Of a stretch of 64,000 nt of DNA, positions 8,656-22,184 are shown one piece after another (within the stretch, counting starts at the first letter, position 1; the number at the start of each line of letters is the position of its first letter). The stretch lies in contig JBKJLC010000084.1 in the NCBI GenBank assembly GCA_046597055.1, positions 1-64,000 of the forward strand. The letters are read 5' to 3'. Made by a program: the position numbers and the translations under genes. The notes under the pieces are model-generated. The model saw only the letters and a list, made by a program, of their open reading frames with translations, had not been told where the DNA came from and did no database searches. Origin of the DNA: Kofleriaceae bacterium. Lineage in GTDB: Bacteria > Myxococcota_A > Polyangia > Haliangiales > Haliangiaceae.

Positions 8656-10182
8656 TCAGTCGTTGGTCGCGACCATGGAGGTCGGCGCGTCGCCGTGTTG
8701 CTTGTGGACGTCACGGTGCTCCTCGTGGAAGGACTGGCCCTTCTTGCCGACACCGTACATCTGAAACACCCACTCTTTGTTCTCGACCTCGTAATCCGAG
8801 ACCGAGTAGTTCTCGAGCGTCATCGTGTCGCCACCCGACTTCATGACGACGCCGGCCCAGTGAAAGTTCCAGGTGCCGACGTCGGCCGGCTTGCCCTTGT
8901 GCTCGTCGCCGCCGGTGCTCATGTGGAACGCCTCGCCGATGTTGGGGTCGGCGTAGACGTTGATGCCGGCCTCCTTGTCGAACCCGTCCTTGGCGTCGGG
9001 GGCCAGCTTCTCGTACTCGGCGCGCGACAGCCGGTCGAGCTGGTCGGCGAGGCGGGCCATCTGCCCGGCGAGCACGGTCTTGGCGTCGTCGTCGGCCTCG
9101 GCCGCCCACTGGCCTTTGACGGTGTTGTATTCGGCGAGCTTGGTGGTGAGCGTCGCGGTGTCGAGCTTGCTCTCGTAGGTCGACTTCCAGAACTCCCACC
9201 ACGAGTTCTCGGTGGTGAAGAGGTCGATCATCATCTTCACCTTCTGGATCTCCATCCAGTCGCGGCCCGAGCCCTTCTTGGTCTCGCCGTCCTTCTGGTA
9301 CTTCGCCTGGGAGCCGCCGCCGCCCATGCCGCTGCCGCCGTCCATGCCCGAGACCGTGTGCGCCGAACGGCCGCAGTCGGCCCACAGCTCCATCTCGACA
9401 TCCTTGGTCTTGTTCTTCTTGTTGACCGGCACCACGTCGACGAGCTCGTGCTCGAGGCCACCGGCGTCGGCGAACTTGCCGGTGAGGCCGCCGCTCTCGA
9501 GCGTGATCGTCGAGGTCTGCGCGAACAGCTGGGCCGCCGCGTCGGCGATCAGCTGGGGCGTGGCGTAGGCGGTCTGGCCGCCGACCGCCGACGACTGGTG
9601 CACGGCGATCTTGCCGTCGTCGGTGACCCGCCACTCGTCGTTGGGCTTGTGGTAGCGCTGCACGGTGCCGGCCGCGTCCGCGATCGCGCCGGGAGCGGGC
9701 AGGACGTCGTGGGCCGACTCACCGGCGACCGCGCGCTCGGCGGCGGCATCGGCCGCCTGCTCGTGGCGATCGCCAGGCGCGCCGACCGCGCTCTGCAGCT
9801 GCACGCCCTGCGACTGCTGGACGACGTGGGCCGCCTCGTGGGCCGCGAGCTGCAGCGACGGATCCGGCGACGCGAACGCGATCTGCGAGCCCTGGGTGTA
9901 GGCCTCGGCTTCCAGCTGGCCGGCCGCGGCGGTGGCCGACGAGTCGGTGTACGCGCGCACGCCCGACAGGTCGACGCCGTAGCTCGACTCGATCGCCGCC
10001 CGGTGCGGCAGCTCGCTGGCAGTGCCGGCGAAGCCCTGGCCGGCGGTCTCGATGACGCCGGGATGCGCCATCCCGCCGCCCTTGCGCTGGATCACCGGCG
10101 ACGCGACCTCCGGGAGGCTCCGCTTCTGCACGGTCTCGCGGTCGGTCTCGCTGGATCCAGGGGCGCGGGCGCTGCGGTTCAT
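8656..10182 (-). CDS. DUF4157 (eCIS core) protein with unknown C-terminal toxin-like domain
   Basis: IESSYGVDLSGVRAYTD, AEAYTQG, LAAHEAAHVVQQ, EQAADAAA and VQR signatures of DUF4157, then a lysine-rich ~330-aa domain. Confidence 0.88.
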   Translation of the reverse strand: MNRSARAPGSSETDRETVQKRSLPEVASPVIQRKGGGMAHPGVIETAGQGFAGTASELPHRAAIESSYGVDLSGVRAYTDSSATAAAGQLEAEAYTQGSQIAFASPDPSLQLAAHEAAHVVQQSQGVQLQSAVGAPGDRHEQAADAAAERAVAGESAHDVLPAPGAIADAAGTVQRYHKPNDEWRVTDDGKIAVHQSSAVGGQTAYATPQLIADAAAQLFAQTSTITLESGGLTGKFADAGGLEHELVDVVPVNKKNKTKDVEMELWADCGRSAHTVSGMDGGSGMGGGGSQAKYQKDGETKKGSGRDWMEIQKVKMMIDLFTTENSWWEFWKSTYESKLDTATLTTKLAEYNTVKGQWAAEADDDAKTVLAGQMARLADQLDRLSRAEYEKLAPDAKDGFDKEAGINVYADPNIGEAFHMSTGGDEHKGKPADVGTWNFHWAGVVMKSGGDTMTLENYSVSDYEVENKEWVFQMYGVGKKGQSFHEEHRDVHKQHGDAPTSMVATND

Positions 10183-10275
10183 CCGAGATACCTCTACGCC
10201 ATTGTACGAGGCGACCGCCGTGAAGGTTCCCTGGCGCCGGTTGCAAAGAACGGCCGGGACGGACGGCGCCCCGGT

Positions 10276-11346
10276 TCAGCGGTGTGGGATGTACTGGGAG
10301 ACGCGGGCCTCGTTGGTCCGGTACGCCTGGTTGTCGCGGAGGTGATCGGCGACCACCTTCTGCGCGCGGGCAAAGGCGCGCTCGTCGTCGCCCGGGTTCT
10401 GCCAGCCGGTCGAACCGCCGCGGTGGAAGTGCAGGGTGCCGTCGATGCCGAAGTGATTGAAGGCCTCGTTGAGCCGGCGGACACACTCGGGGAGGCTGGT
10501 GCGCCGGTTGAGGTACTTCTTCTCGTCCTGGTTCGTGAAGCTCTGGAACCGACCGCAGTCCGACTTGCAGGAACGCTTGAGGAAGTCGATGTTCATGTTG
10601 AACACGCAGACGTTCTGCGAGCCGTCGGTGGCCCCGTCCTTGGTCCAGTCGTACGGGAGCTGGCCGCTGCCATCGACCGCGAAGCTGTGGCTCTCCTGCA
10701 TGGCCATGGCGACCGCGAGGTCGGCCCGGCACAGCCCCTCGGCCCGGCGCCGCTCGGCCTCGGCGGCCGACAGTCCGGCCAGCCCCTGGGTGGCGACCGC
10801 GTACATCTGCTGCCAGATCTCGCGCTTCACGCCACCGCGCGCGCCGGCGTCGTTGTAGATGCCGCAGCTGCCGTTGACCGCGCAGCTGCCGTCGACGTAC
10901 TGGCAGGCGCCCGCCAGGCTCCCGCCGCCACCGCCGCCGGTCGGCATCCGGCACGAGACGCGCGTGTCGGGCTCCCAGCCCCAGCCGTCACCATCGGGAT
11001 CGGTCGCGCGCGACGAGCAGGTGGGGATGGTCGGCGTGGCGACCCGCATCTGGCACGAGCGCGCAGGCTCCCAGCCCCAGCCGTCGCGTTCGGGATCGGT
11101 CGCCGCCGACGAGCAGGTCGGATAGCTGCCGTCGCCGCGGCCGCTGCCGGCCACCACGCAGGTGCGGGCGGGCTCCCAGCCCCAGCCGTCGCGGTCGGGA
11201 TCGGTCGCGGCCGGGGAGCACCCCGCCGCCGCGATCGTCTCGAGGTCGTCGCCCTCGTCGAGCTCGCCGACGTCGCAGCTCGCGAGCAGGAGCGCGGCGC
11301 ACGGAAGTAGCAGTCCGAAGATGCTGTGGCTGGTTGTAGGTCGCAC
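10276..11346 (-). CDS. lipoprotein with three CBM10-like repeats and a divergent GH134-like (lysozyme-fold beta-mannanase) domain
   Basis: Lipobox LASC; three CSxxATDPxxDGWGWEP..C repeats; catalytic region AMAMQES..YDWTKDG..NVCVFNMN..FGIDGTLHFHRGGSTG..NP..YRTNEAR resembles GH134 as I recall it. Confidence 0.7.
   Translation of the reverse strand: MRPTTSHSIFGLLLPCAALLLASCDVGELDEGDDLETIAAAGCSPAATDPDRDGWGWEPARTCVVAGSGRGDGSYPTCSSAATDPERDGWGWEPARSCQMRVATPTIPTCSSRATDPDGDGWGWEPDTRVSCRMPTGGGGGGSLAGACQYVDGSCAVNGSCGIYNDAGARGGVKREIWQQMYAVATQGLAGLSAAEAERRRAEGLCRADLAVAMAMQESHSFAVDGSGQLPYDWTKDGATDGSQNVCVFNMNIDFLKRSCKSDCGRFQSFTNQDEKKYLNRRTSLPECVRRLNEAFNHFGIDGTLHFHRGGSTGWQNPGDDERAFARAQKVVADHLRDNQAYRTNEARVSQYIPHR
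10951..11224 (-). repeat. three intragenic repeats encoding CBM10-like modules
   Basis: Recurring GGCTCCCAGCCCCAGCCGTC..GGGATCGGTCGC on the + strand near 10970, 11066 and 11171. Confidence 0.85.
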
Positions 11347-11359
11347 GTGGCGATGTCCG

Positions 11360-11375
11360 TGCAGGTGAGGTGCCA
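11360..11375 (-). promoter_or_regulatory. putative sigma54 -24/-12 promoter
   Basis: Minus strand TGGCAC-CTCAC-CTGCA, 14 nt before GTG 11346. Confidence 0.55.
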
Positions 11376-11552
11376 CTGTCCGGACGCGCGCGGCCCAGCA
11401 CGTACGCCCTGGAGATGATTGCGGTATGGCCGCAGCCCCCGGGCTCGCTCGCGCCGCGCGGATGGAGGCTTCCCACCCCGCACCCCGGGTGCCGAAATGG
11501 GGCCCGACCCGTGCCGCGCTCGCCGCGACCGTGTGATGAATGGCGCCGGCGC

Positions 11553-12915
11553 ATGTCCGAGCCCACGGTCCAGGTCCGCTTCGTCGCCGGCACGCTCGAG
11601 CTGCTCGGCGTCAAGCCGGCCGCCGGCCTGACCCTGCCGGGCTGCGCGTGGGACGACCGGACCGCGTGCTACCGGGCGCCGGCGGTCGCGTATGCCGGGC
11701 TGGTGCGCGCGCTCATCCAGCAGAAGGTCCGGTACCAGGACGAGGCGCGCCGCTACGGCGAGCTGACCGAGGGCGCGCGGGTCCACCGCGAGCCGCGGCC
11801 ATACCAGGCCGAGGCGATCGAGGCCTGGCAGCAGCACCGCGGTCGCGGCGTGGTGGTGTTGCCGACCGGCGCCGGTAAGTCGCAGGTCGCGCAGATGGCG
11901 ATCGATCTGCGGCGGCGCGACACGCTGGTGGTGGCGCCGACGCTCGATCTCGTGCGGCAGTGGCACGACCTGCTGCGCGCGACCTTCGGCGGCGAGATCG
12001 GCGTGGTCGGCGGGGGCGATCACGAGGTGCGGCCCCTGACGGTGACCACCTACGACTCGGCGTACCTGTACATGGAGCACCTCGGTTCGCGGTTCGGCAT
12101 GGTCGTGTTCGACGAGTGTCACCACCTGCCGAGCGGCAGCTACGCGATGGCGGCGCGGATGGCGCTGGCGCCGTTCCGGCTGGGCCTGACCGCGACCCCC
12201 GAGCGCACCGACGGCCGCGACGCGCTCCTCACCGAGCTGATCGGCCCGATCGTCTTCCGCAAGGAGATCGTCGAGCTGTCGGGCGACTACCTGGCGGCCT
12301 ACGACACCGAACGGATCGTGGTCGACCTGGCCCCGGCCGAGCGCGCCGAGTACGAGGCGGAGCGCGCGATCTACCGCGACTTCGTCGCCAGCCAGGGCAT
12401 CCGGCTCGGTTCGCCCGAGGGCTGGGCGCAGTTCATCATGCGGTCGTCGCGCAGCCTCGAGGGCCGCCGCGCCATGCAGGGCTTCCGCCGCCAGCGCGCG
12501 CTGGCGCTGTGCGCCCCGGCCAAGCTCGACTACGTCGAGCACCTGCTGAGCCGCCACCGCGACGAGCGCGCGCTGATCTTCACCCAGGACAACGCGACCT
12601 GTTACGAGGTCGCCCGCCGCTTCCTGGTACCGGCGATCACCCACCAGACCAAGATGCGCGAGCGCAGCGAGCTGCTGAAGGGGCTGGCCGCCGGCCGCTA
12701 CGGCGCGCTGGTGACGTCGAAGGTGCTCAACGAGGGGGTCGACATCCCCGAGGCCAGCGTCGCGATCGTGCTGTCGGGCTCGGGCTCGGTCCGCGAGCAC
12801 GTCCAGCGGCTCGGCCGCATCCTGCGCCAGGGCGACGGCAAGCACGCCATCCTCTACGAGCTGGTGACCGGCGACACCGGCGAGACCTACACCAGCGAGC
12901 GGCGGAGGGAGCACG

Positions 12916-12929
<14 letters not shown>
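11553..12929 (+). CDS. XPB/Rad25-like SF2 DEAH helicase
   Basis: PRPYQ, LPTGAGKS, FDECHH, GLTATP, LNEGVDIP, QRLGRILR. Confidence 0.92.
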
Positions 12930-14316
<1,387 letters not shown>

Positions 14317-14444
14317 CCCTCCATCCCCGTTCGTTTCGAGAGGGTTGACCAGCATGGCCGGCGCGATCGCGGTTCTTCCCCGTTTGTCCTGAGCGCAGCC
14401 CGGCGCGGAGCGACCGGCGCGGCTGGCCGCACGTCGCGGCGCCG

Positions 14445-16502
<2,058 letters not shown>

Positions 16503-16623
16503 GTGGAGGGCGAGTCTCCCACAAGTCGCGATCGCGCTCGTGGTCGTCCGCGGCTTGCCGCCATCCTCCCGGCCGGGCTGTCATGGACGGTCCCGGGGCC
16601 GCGGCGCGGCGGCTACTCGTCGG

Positions 16624-18249
16624 CTACTCGTCGGTCGCGCGCAGGCAGTACGTCAGGCCCATCACGGTGTCGTTGGCCTCGCGGCGCAGCGCGCCGCGCT
16701 CGCAGTGGACCACCGTGAACCGGTGCGTCGCGGCCAGCCGGTCGAGGTAGCCGCGCGCGTGGGTGAACCGGCCGGTCGGTGGCAGCCCGATGTCGGCGGT
16801 CTCGTCGTGCTCGACGGTGAACACGAACAGGCCGCCGGACCCGAGCCGGCGTCGGGTGGCGGCGAACACCGGCTGCAGGTCGCCGAGGTAGATGAGCACG
16901 TCGGTCGCGGTGATCAGGTCGTAGCGGGGCTGGCCGGTCGGGCCCTCGAGGAACCCGACCAGCTCGGCCACGGTCAGCTGGTCGTACACGCCCTTGGCGC
17001 GCGCGAGGGCGATCATCTTCGGTGACAGATCGACGCCGTCGAGTCGGTCGACCAGCGGGCGCAGCTGGACGCCGGCCAGGCCGGTGCCGCAGCCGAGATC
17101 GAGGCACGCGGCGAAGCGCTGGCCGCCTGGACGCGCGTTCGCGACCAGCGCCCCGACTCGCTCCGGGGCGCGGTAGCCGAGCTGCCCGACCAGGTGCTGG
17201 TCGAAGCGCTCCGACAGGCGGTCGAACTCGTCGACGACGTAGGCGGGCGGACAGCCGGCGGTGAGCTCGCCGCGCAGGGCCGTGATCAGGTGACCGACCC
17301 GCGGGTTGCCCGGGTCGACCTCGCGCAGCTGCTGGTAGACGCCGAGCAGCTCGTCGTTGCGCCCGAGGTCGATGAGCATGCGCGCCAGGTTGTTCAGCGC
17401 CTCGAGCCGGCGCGGATCGTGGGCGATCGCCGCGCGGTAGGCGGCGGCCGCGCCCGGCAGATCGTCGAGCGCCTCGGCGGCGAGCCCGCAGTTGAAGTGG
17501 GCCTCGAACCGCTCGGGCGCGAGGGTCCGGGCCCGATCGTGGGCGCCGGCGGCGGCTTCGTGGCGGCCGAGCCCGGTCAGCGCCGCGCCCCGCACGCCAT
17601 GGGCGACCGGATCGTCGGGGTGGCGGGCGCAGGCCTGCTCGGCGGTGGCGAGCGCCGCGGCCGGCTGCCCGGCGCGGAGCAGCAGCCGCGCGACCTGCAG
17701 CTGCGCCGCCAGCGGATCGGGATCGAGCTCGACCGCACGTCGGTAGGCAGCCACCGCGTCGTCGACCCGGCCCTGCGCCGCGAGCGCCAGACCGAGCCCC
17801 TCCTCGATGTGGGCCAGGCCGGGCGTGACGGCGAGCGCGGCGCGGAACGCGGCCTCGGCCCCGGCGTGGTCGCCGGTGGCGCACAGCTGGGCGCCGAGGT
17901 TGTAGTGCGCGCCGCCGCGGTCAGGCGCCGCGGTAACGGCGGCGCGGAAGGCGGCGATCGCGTCGTCGGTGCGGCCCTGGCGATGGCAAACCGTGCCGAG
18001 GTTGTCGAGGGCGAGCGCCCAGCCCGGGCGCGCCACCAGCGCCGCGCCGTACGCGCGCGCGGCCTCGTCGAGCTGGCCGGCCTCGGCCAGCGCGGCGCCC
18101 AGGTTGAACTGGAGCACGGCGAGCTGCGAGGTCACCGCCGCGACCATCGCCCGGTACGCGTCGGCGGCCTCGCCGTGGTGGCCGAGCGCCTGCTGCTCGA
18201 GCGCGCGCTGGTGCAGCGCCTCGAAGCTGTCGCCGGGATCATCCGCCAT
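16624..18249 (-). CDS. TPR-repeat protein with C-terminal class I SAM methyltransferase (COG4976-like)
   Basis: Multiple TPRs; YVVDEFD..FDQHL..LGYRAP, LDLGCGTG, GVDLS, DVLIYLGDL, GRFTH. Confidence 0.9.
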   Translation of the reverse strand: MADDPGDSFEALHQRALEQQALGHHGEAADAYRAMVAAVTSQLAVLQFNLGAALAEAGQLDEAARAYGAALVARPGWALALDNLGTVCHRQGRTDDAIAAFRAAVTAAPDRGGAHYNLGAQLCATGDHAGAEAAFRAALAVTPGLAHIEEGLGLALAAQGRVDDAVAAYRRAVELDPDPLAAQLQVARLLLRAGQPAAALATAEQACARHPDDPVAHGVRGAALTGLGRHEAAAGAHDRARTLAPERFEAHFNCGLAAEALDDLPGAAAAYRAAIAHDPRRLEALNNLARMLIDLGRNDELLGVYQQLREVDPGNPRVGHLITALRGELTAGCPPAYVVDEFDRLSERFDQHLVGQLGYRAPERVGALVANARPGGQRFAACLDLGCGTGLAGVQLRPLVDRLDGVDLSPKMIALARAKGVYDQLTVAELVGFLEGPTGQPRYDLITATDVLIYLGDLQPVFAATRRRLGSGGLFVFTVEHDETADIGLPPTGRFTHARGYLDRLAATHRFTVVHCERGALRREANDTVMGLTYCLRATDE

Positions 18250-18359
18250 CGCGAGAGGATACGCAGGAGCCGCCCGCGCGGGTTGCCGCGACGCCAACCG
18301 AGGTTGCCGCCGCGGCATTTGTTGCGGTCCGCGCCGGGCCCGGATGGTACGGAGAAGGC

Positions 18360-18779
18360 ATGGATGACCACGCGGACCAGACGATCGGGCGGTGGTTGAC
18401 CGCGTTCATCGCCCAGCACGGTGGCGTCGCCGGTTCGGTGCACCTCCGCGAGGCCGACGAACTCCAGCTGGTCGCCGCCCACAACCTCCCGCCGCGGGTC
18501 CAGGAGCTCACCGCCCGGATCCCGCGCGGCAAGGGCATGGCCGGGCTCGCGCTCGAGCGCGCGCAGCCGGTGCAGACCTGCAACCTGCAGGCAGATCGGT
18601 CGGGCGACGTCCAGCCGGGCGCGCGGGCGGTCGCGGCCAGCGCGGCGATCGCGCTCCCGGTGACCGATGCGGCCGGGCAGGTCCGGGCGGTGGTCGGGAT
18701 CGCGTTCGCCGACGAGCGCGAGCTGGTCGGTGCCGAGCTCGAGCGGCTCACGACCGGCGCGCAGCAGCTGCCCGGCTGA
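18360..18779 (+). CDS. standalone GAF domain protein
   Basis: LQLVAAHNLP, IPRGKGMAG, ALPV..VVGIAF; GGAG upstream. Confidence 0.85.
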   Translation: MDDHADQTIGRWLTAFIAQHGGVAGSVHLREADELQLVAAHNLPPRVQELTARIPRGKGMAGLALERAQPVQTCNLQADRSGDVQPGARAVAASAAIALPVTDAAGQVRAVVGIAFADERELVGAELERLTTGAQQLPG

Positions 18780-18902
18780 AGTCCACCGGCGTCTCTCGAC
18801 GAGCGCCGCCGCGCTGGCTGCGAGTTTCTTGCGCGGCGCCTGCCGGCGACGTGACCGGCGTCGGCTTCCGCGCCGCTCCCGCGCGCAGTATGCTGCGCCG
18901 CA

Positions 18903-20075
18903 ATGACGTCTTTCGGGGTCTGGCTCGTCGGCGCCGCCGGCAACGTGGGCGCGTGCACGCTGGCCGGCTGGGCCGGGTTGCGAGCCGGGCGGCTGCCGGC
19001 GACCGGGCTCATCACCGTCGGCGAGCCGCTGGGTGCCCTGCCACTCGGGTCGTTCGACGACGTGCCGTTCGGGGGCCACGAGCTGGGCACGCGCTCGCTC
19101 GCCGACGCGACCCGCGCGCTGGTCGCCGAGGGCATCTTGCCCGCGGCCGTGGTCGACGCGCCGGCGGTGACCGCCGCGGTCGCCGCGGCCCAGGACCAGC
19201 TGTGCCGGGGTGTGGCCGGATCCGGAGGCTGGGACGAGCTGCAGCGCGTCCGTGCCGAGCTGGCCGGCTTTCGCGATCAGCACCGGCTCGAGCGGGTGAT
19301 CGTGCTGAACGTCGCCTCGACCGAGGCCGACGCCGTCGGCGAGCCGCTGCCCGCCGATCCTGACGCGCTGTTCGCCGCGCTGCGGGCCGGCCGCCGGCTG
19401 CCGTCGAGCTCGATCTACGCCGCGGCCGCGCTCGACCTCGGCCTCGGCTACGTGAACTTCACGCCGTCGACCGGCAGCGACCTGCCGGCGCTGCACGCGC
19501 TGGCGCTCGCGCGCGGCGCGGTCCACACCGGTGCCGACGGCAAGACCGGCCAGACCCTGCTGAAGACCGTGCTGGCGCCGATGTTCGCGACCCGGCGGCT
19601 GCGGGTGCAGAGCTGGGTGAGCCACAACATCCTCGGCAACGAGGACGGCCGCGCGCTCGACGACCCCGGCCGACGCGCCGCCAAGCAGCGCTCGAAGGGC
19701 GCGTCGCTCGGCGCGATCCTCGGCTACACGCCGGAGAGCCGGGTCGGCATCGACTACGTCCCGAGCTACGGCGACTGGAAGGTCGCGTGGGACCGGATCG
19801 TGTTCGAGGGCTTCGGCGGGGCGCAGATGACGCTCGAGCTGACCTGGCGTGGCAGCGACACCGCCCTGGCGGCACCGCTGTGCATCGACCTGATCCGGCT
19901 GGTCGAGCTGGCCCAGCGCCGGGGCGAGCGCGGCGTGCTGGATCATCTCGGCCTGTTCTTCAAGGATCCGATGACGCGCGGCGGGGCCGACGCCGTCGAG
20001 CACCGGCTCGAGCGGCAGTGGCAGGCGCTCCTGGGGCACCTGTTGCCCGGCGCGAGCGCGGGCGGTGCGACGTGA
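18903..20075 (+). CDS. ino1: myo-inositol-1-phosphate synthase family
   Basis: GVWLVGAAGNV, NVASTE, VNFTPS, DGKTGQTLLK, NILGNEDG, DYVPSYGDWK, DTALAAPL. Confidence 0.9.
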   Translation: MTSFGVWLVGAAGNVGACTLAGWAGLRAGRLPATGLITVGEPLGALPLGSFDDVPFGGHELGTRSLADATRALVAEGILPAAVVDAPAVTAAVAAAQDQLCRGVAGSGGWDELQRVRAELAGFRDQHRLERVIVLNVASTEADAVGEPLPADPDALFAALRAGRRLPSSSIYAAAALDLGLGYVNFTPSTGSDLPALHALALARGAVHTGADGKTGQTLLKTVLAPMFATRRLRVQSWVSHNILGNEDGRALDDPGRRAAKQRSKGASLGAILGYTPESRVGIDYVPSYGDWKVAWDRIVFEGFGGAQMTLELTWRGSDTALAAPLCIDLIRLVELAQRRGERGVLDHLGLFFKDPMTRGGADAVEHRLERQWQALLGHLLPGASAGGAT

Positions 20076-20962
20076 ACGTCGGCGCGCTGCTGCGGCTGGT
20101 GCGTCCGCCCAACGTGTTCACCGCGTTCGCGGACGCCCTGGCCGGGCTGCTGGTGCTGCGCGGGCTGGGGCTGGCGGTGCCCGATCGCGCGTGCGCGGTC
20201 GTGCTGGCGTCGGGCTGCCTCTACCTCGCCGGCATCGTGCTCAATGACGTCTTCGACCGGAAGATCGACGCCCTCGAGCGTCCGACCCGGCCGATCCCGA
20301 GTGGCGAGATCCGCGCCGGGTTCGCCGCCGTGCTCGGCTTCGGCCTCATGGCCACCGGCGTGCTGATCGCGGCGTGGATCGGCCGCTCGCCGGGGATCGT
20401 GGCGGCCGCGCTGGCCGGCTCGATCCTGCTCTACGACGCCGGCCTCAAGCACACCAAGCTCGGCCCGCTGGTCATGGGCTCGTGCCGCGGGCTCGACCTC
20501 GCGCTCGCGATCTCGACCGGCCTCTCGCTGGAGTCGAGCTGGCCGGCGATCGCGATCGCCGGGCCATTGGTCCTGGCGCTCTACATCACCGGGCTCACCT
20601 ACATCTCGCGCGACGAGGTCGACGGCAACACCACCCGGCGCGCGCGCACCGGGCTCACGTTCCTGGCCGGACTGGCGGTCGCGGTCGTGGTCGCGCTGAT
20701 CGCGTGCCCGTGCCTGCCGCGGACCGCGTGGGCCTGGCCGTGGGTGGCGCTCGCCATCTTCCTGGGCTGGCGCAACTGGGCGCCGGTGTGGCGCAGCCAC
20801 GACGGTCCCTCGACCGGACGGGCGATCGGCGGCGGCATCATCCTCATCCCCGTGATCGACGCGGCGATCGCGGCGGTCGCCGGCAGCCCGTTCGCGGCGG
20901 TCGCGGTCGCCGGCCTGCTGGTGCCGGCGCTGGTCCTCAAGCAGTTCTTCTCGCCGACATGA
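20072..20962 (+). CDS. eboC: UbiA family prenyltransferase, EboC-like
   Basis: LVRPPNVFTA, LNDVFDRKIDALERPTRPIPSG, YD..LK, MGSCRG; multi-TM; GTGA overlap with ino1. Confidence 0.85.
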   Translation: MNVGALLRLVRPPNVFTAFADALAGLLVLRGLGLAVPDRACAVVLASGCLYLAGIVLNDVFDRKIDALERPTRPIPSGEIRAGFAAVLGFGLMATGVLIAAWIGRSPGIVAAALAGSILLYDAGLKHTKLGPLVMGSCRGLDLALAISTGLSLESSWPAIAIAGPLVLALYITGLTYISRDEVDGNTTRRARTGLTFLAGLAVAVVVALIACPCLPRTAWAWPWVALAIFLGWRNWAPVWRSHDGPSTGRAIGGGIILIPVIDAAIAAVAGSPFAAVAVAGLLVPALVLKQFFSPT

Positions 20963-21807
20963 CCGGCGCGATGCAGCTCGGCTACAACACCAACGGCTTC
21001 GCGCACCACCGCCTGCTCGACGCCCTCGCGGTGATCGCGGAGATCGGCTATCGCGCGGTGGGCCTCACGCTCGACGTCCACCACCTCGACCCGTTCTCGG
21101 CCCGCCACACCGAGGAGCTCGACGACGTCGGCGCGGCCTGCCGCGACCTCGGCCTGGTGCCCGTGATCGAGACCGGCGCCCGGTTCCTGCTCGATCCTCG
21201 CCGCAAGCACCGGCCCACGCTGCTGTCGGCCGACCCGCGCGAGCGCGCGACCCGGATCGACTTCCTGACCATGGCGATCGACGTCGCGGCGGCGGTCGGC
21301 GCGTCGGTGGTGTCGCTGTGGTCGGGCTCGCCCGACGAGGGCGACGCCGCCGCGCCGGCGGCGCTCGACGACCGCCTCGCCGCCGGCCTGCGCGAGGTCT
21401 GCGCGCGGGCGCGCGACGCCGGCATCGTGGTCGGCTTCGAGCCCGAGCCCGGCATGTACCTCGAGGACATGGCCGGCTTCGCGCGGGTGCGGGCGCTGGT
21501 CGAGGACCCGGCGCTGAAGCTGACCCTCGATGTCGGCCACGCCCACATGACCGAGGACGCGGGCGCGGACGCCACCGTGCGCACGTGGGCTGCCGAGATC
21601 GTCAATGTCCACGTCGAGGGCATGCGCCGCACGCTGCATGACCATCTGGTGCCGTGGGAGGGCGACCTCGACGTGCGCGCCGTGCTGCGGACGCTGGGTG
21701 ACGTCGGGTATGCGGGGCCCGCGTGCTTCGAGCTGTCGCGGCATTCGCATGATGCAGCGCGGATCGCCCGGCGCGCGTTCGAGTACGTGACGGCTGCGCC
21801 GGCGTAG
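20959..21807 (+). CDS. sugar phosphate isomerase/epimerase (xylose isomerase-like TIM barrel)
   Basis: GYNTNGF, IETGARFLLDP, FEPEPGM, LDVGH, HDHL..GDLD; ATGA overlap. Confidence 0.88.
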   Translation: MTGAMQLGYNTNGFAHHRLLDALAVIAEIGYRAVGLTLDVHHLDPFSARHTEELDDVGAACRDLGLVPVIETGARFLLDPRRKHRPTLLSADPRERATRIDFLTMAIDVAAAVGASVVSLWSGSPDEGDAAAPAALDDRLAAGLREVCARARDAGIVVGFEPEPGMYLEDMAGFARVRALVEDPALKLTLDVGHAHMTEDAGADATVRTWAAEIVNVHVEGMRRTLHDHLVPWEGDLDVRAVLRTLGDVGYAGPACFELSRHSHDAARIARRAFEYVTAAPA

Positions 21808-21865
21808 CCGAGTCGGTCGTACTGCTGGCGATCCGGGGTCGCGGGCCTGGTGCGGGGACGGGGTC

Positions 21866-22078
21866 GGGGTCGTCGCGGCAGGGCCTGTGGACGCTGGCGC
21901 CGCCGTGGCCAGCCGCGCCTTCGAGGCGAGGACGTTGCCGCGGAAGGGTGCGGGGCGCGCCTGCCCACCGCGGCTTGGATTGCTGCGCCTTCGAGTCGCG
22001 GGGGGCGGCCAGCGGCGAAGGTGGGCGCACCAATCCACAGCGCCCACAGTCCGGTGACTGCCCCTGATCTGTAAAAAC
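21866..22078 (-). repeat. left copy of a ~213-bp structured inverted repeat flanking the HNH gene
   Basis: Reverse complement aligns to 23644-23856 at roughly 85% by manual alignment. Confidence 0.92.
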
Positions 22079-22184
22079 AACAGAGCGCAGAGCTGTCACA
22101 GCGCACGACGGCGCCGACACGGCGAACGTGTTGATCTGCACTCCCGTGCAGGGGATCGTGAGTGTCAGACTGCCATGCTAGTCA

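Noticed and set aside
10203..10231. ECF-like promoter GGAACC-N16-CGTAC upstream of the DUF4157 gene (minus strand)
   Set aside because: Plausible, but a single short match; too weak to list as a feature.
18281..18327. GGTTGCCGC direct repeats between the divergent TPR-methyltransferase and GAF genes
   Set aside because: Only two 9-bp copies in GC-rich DNA; could be chance.
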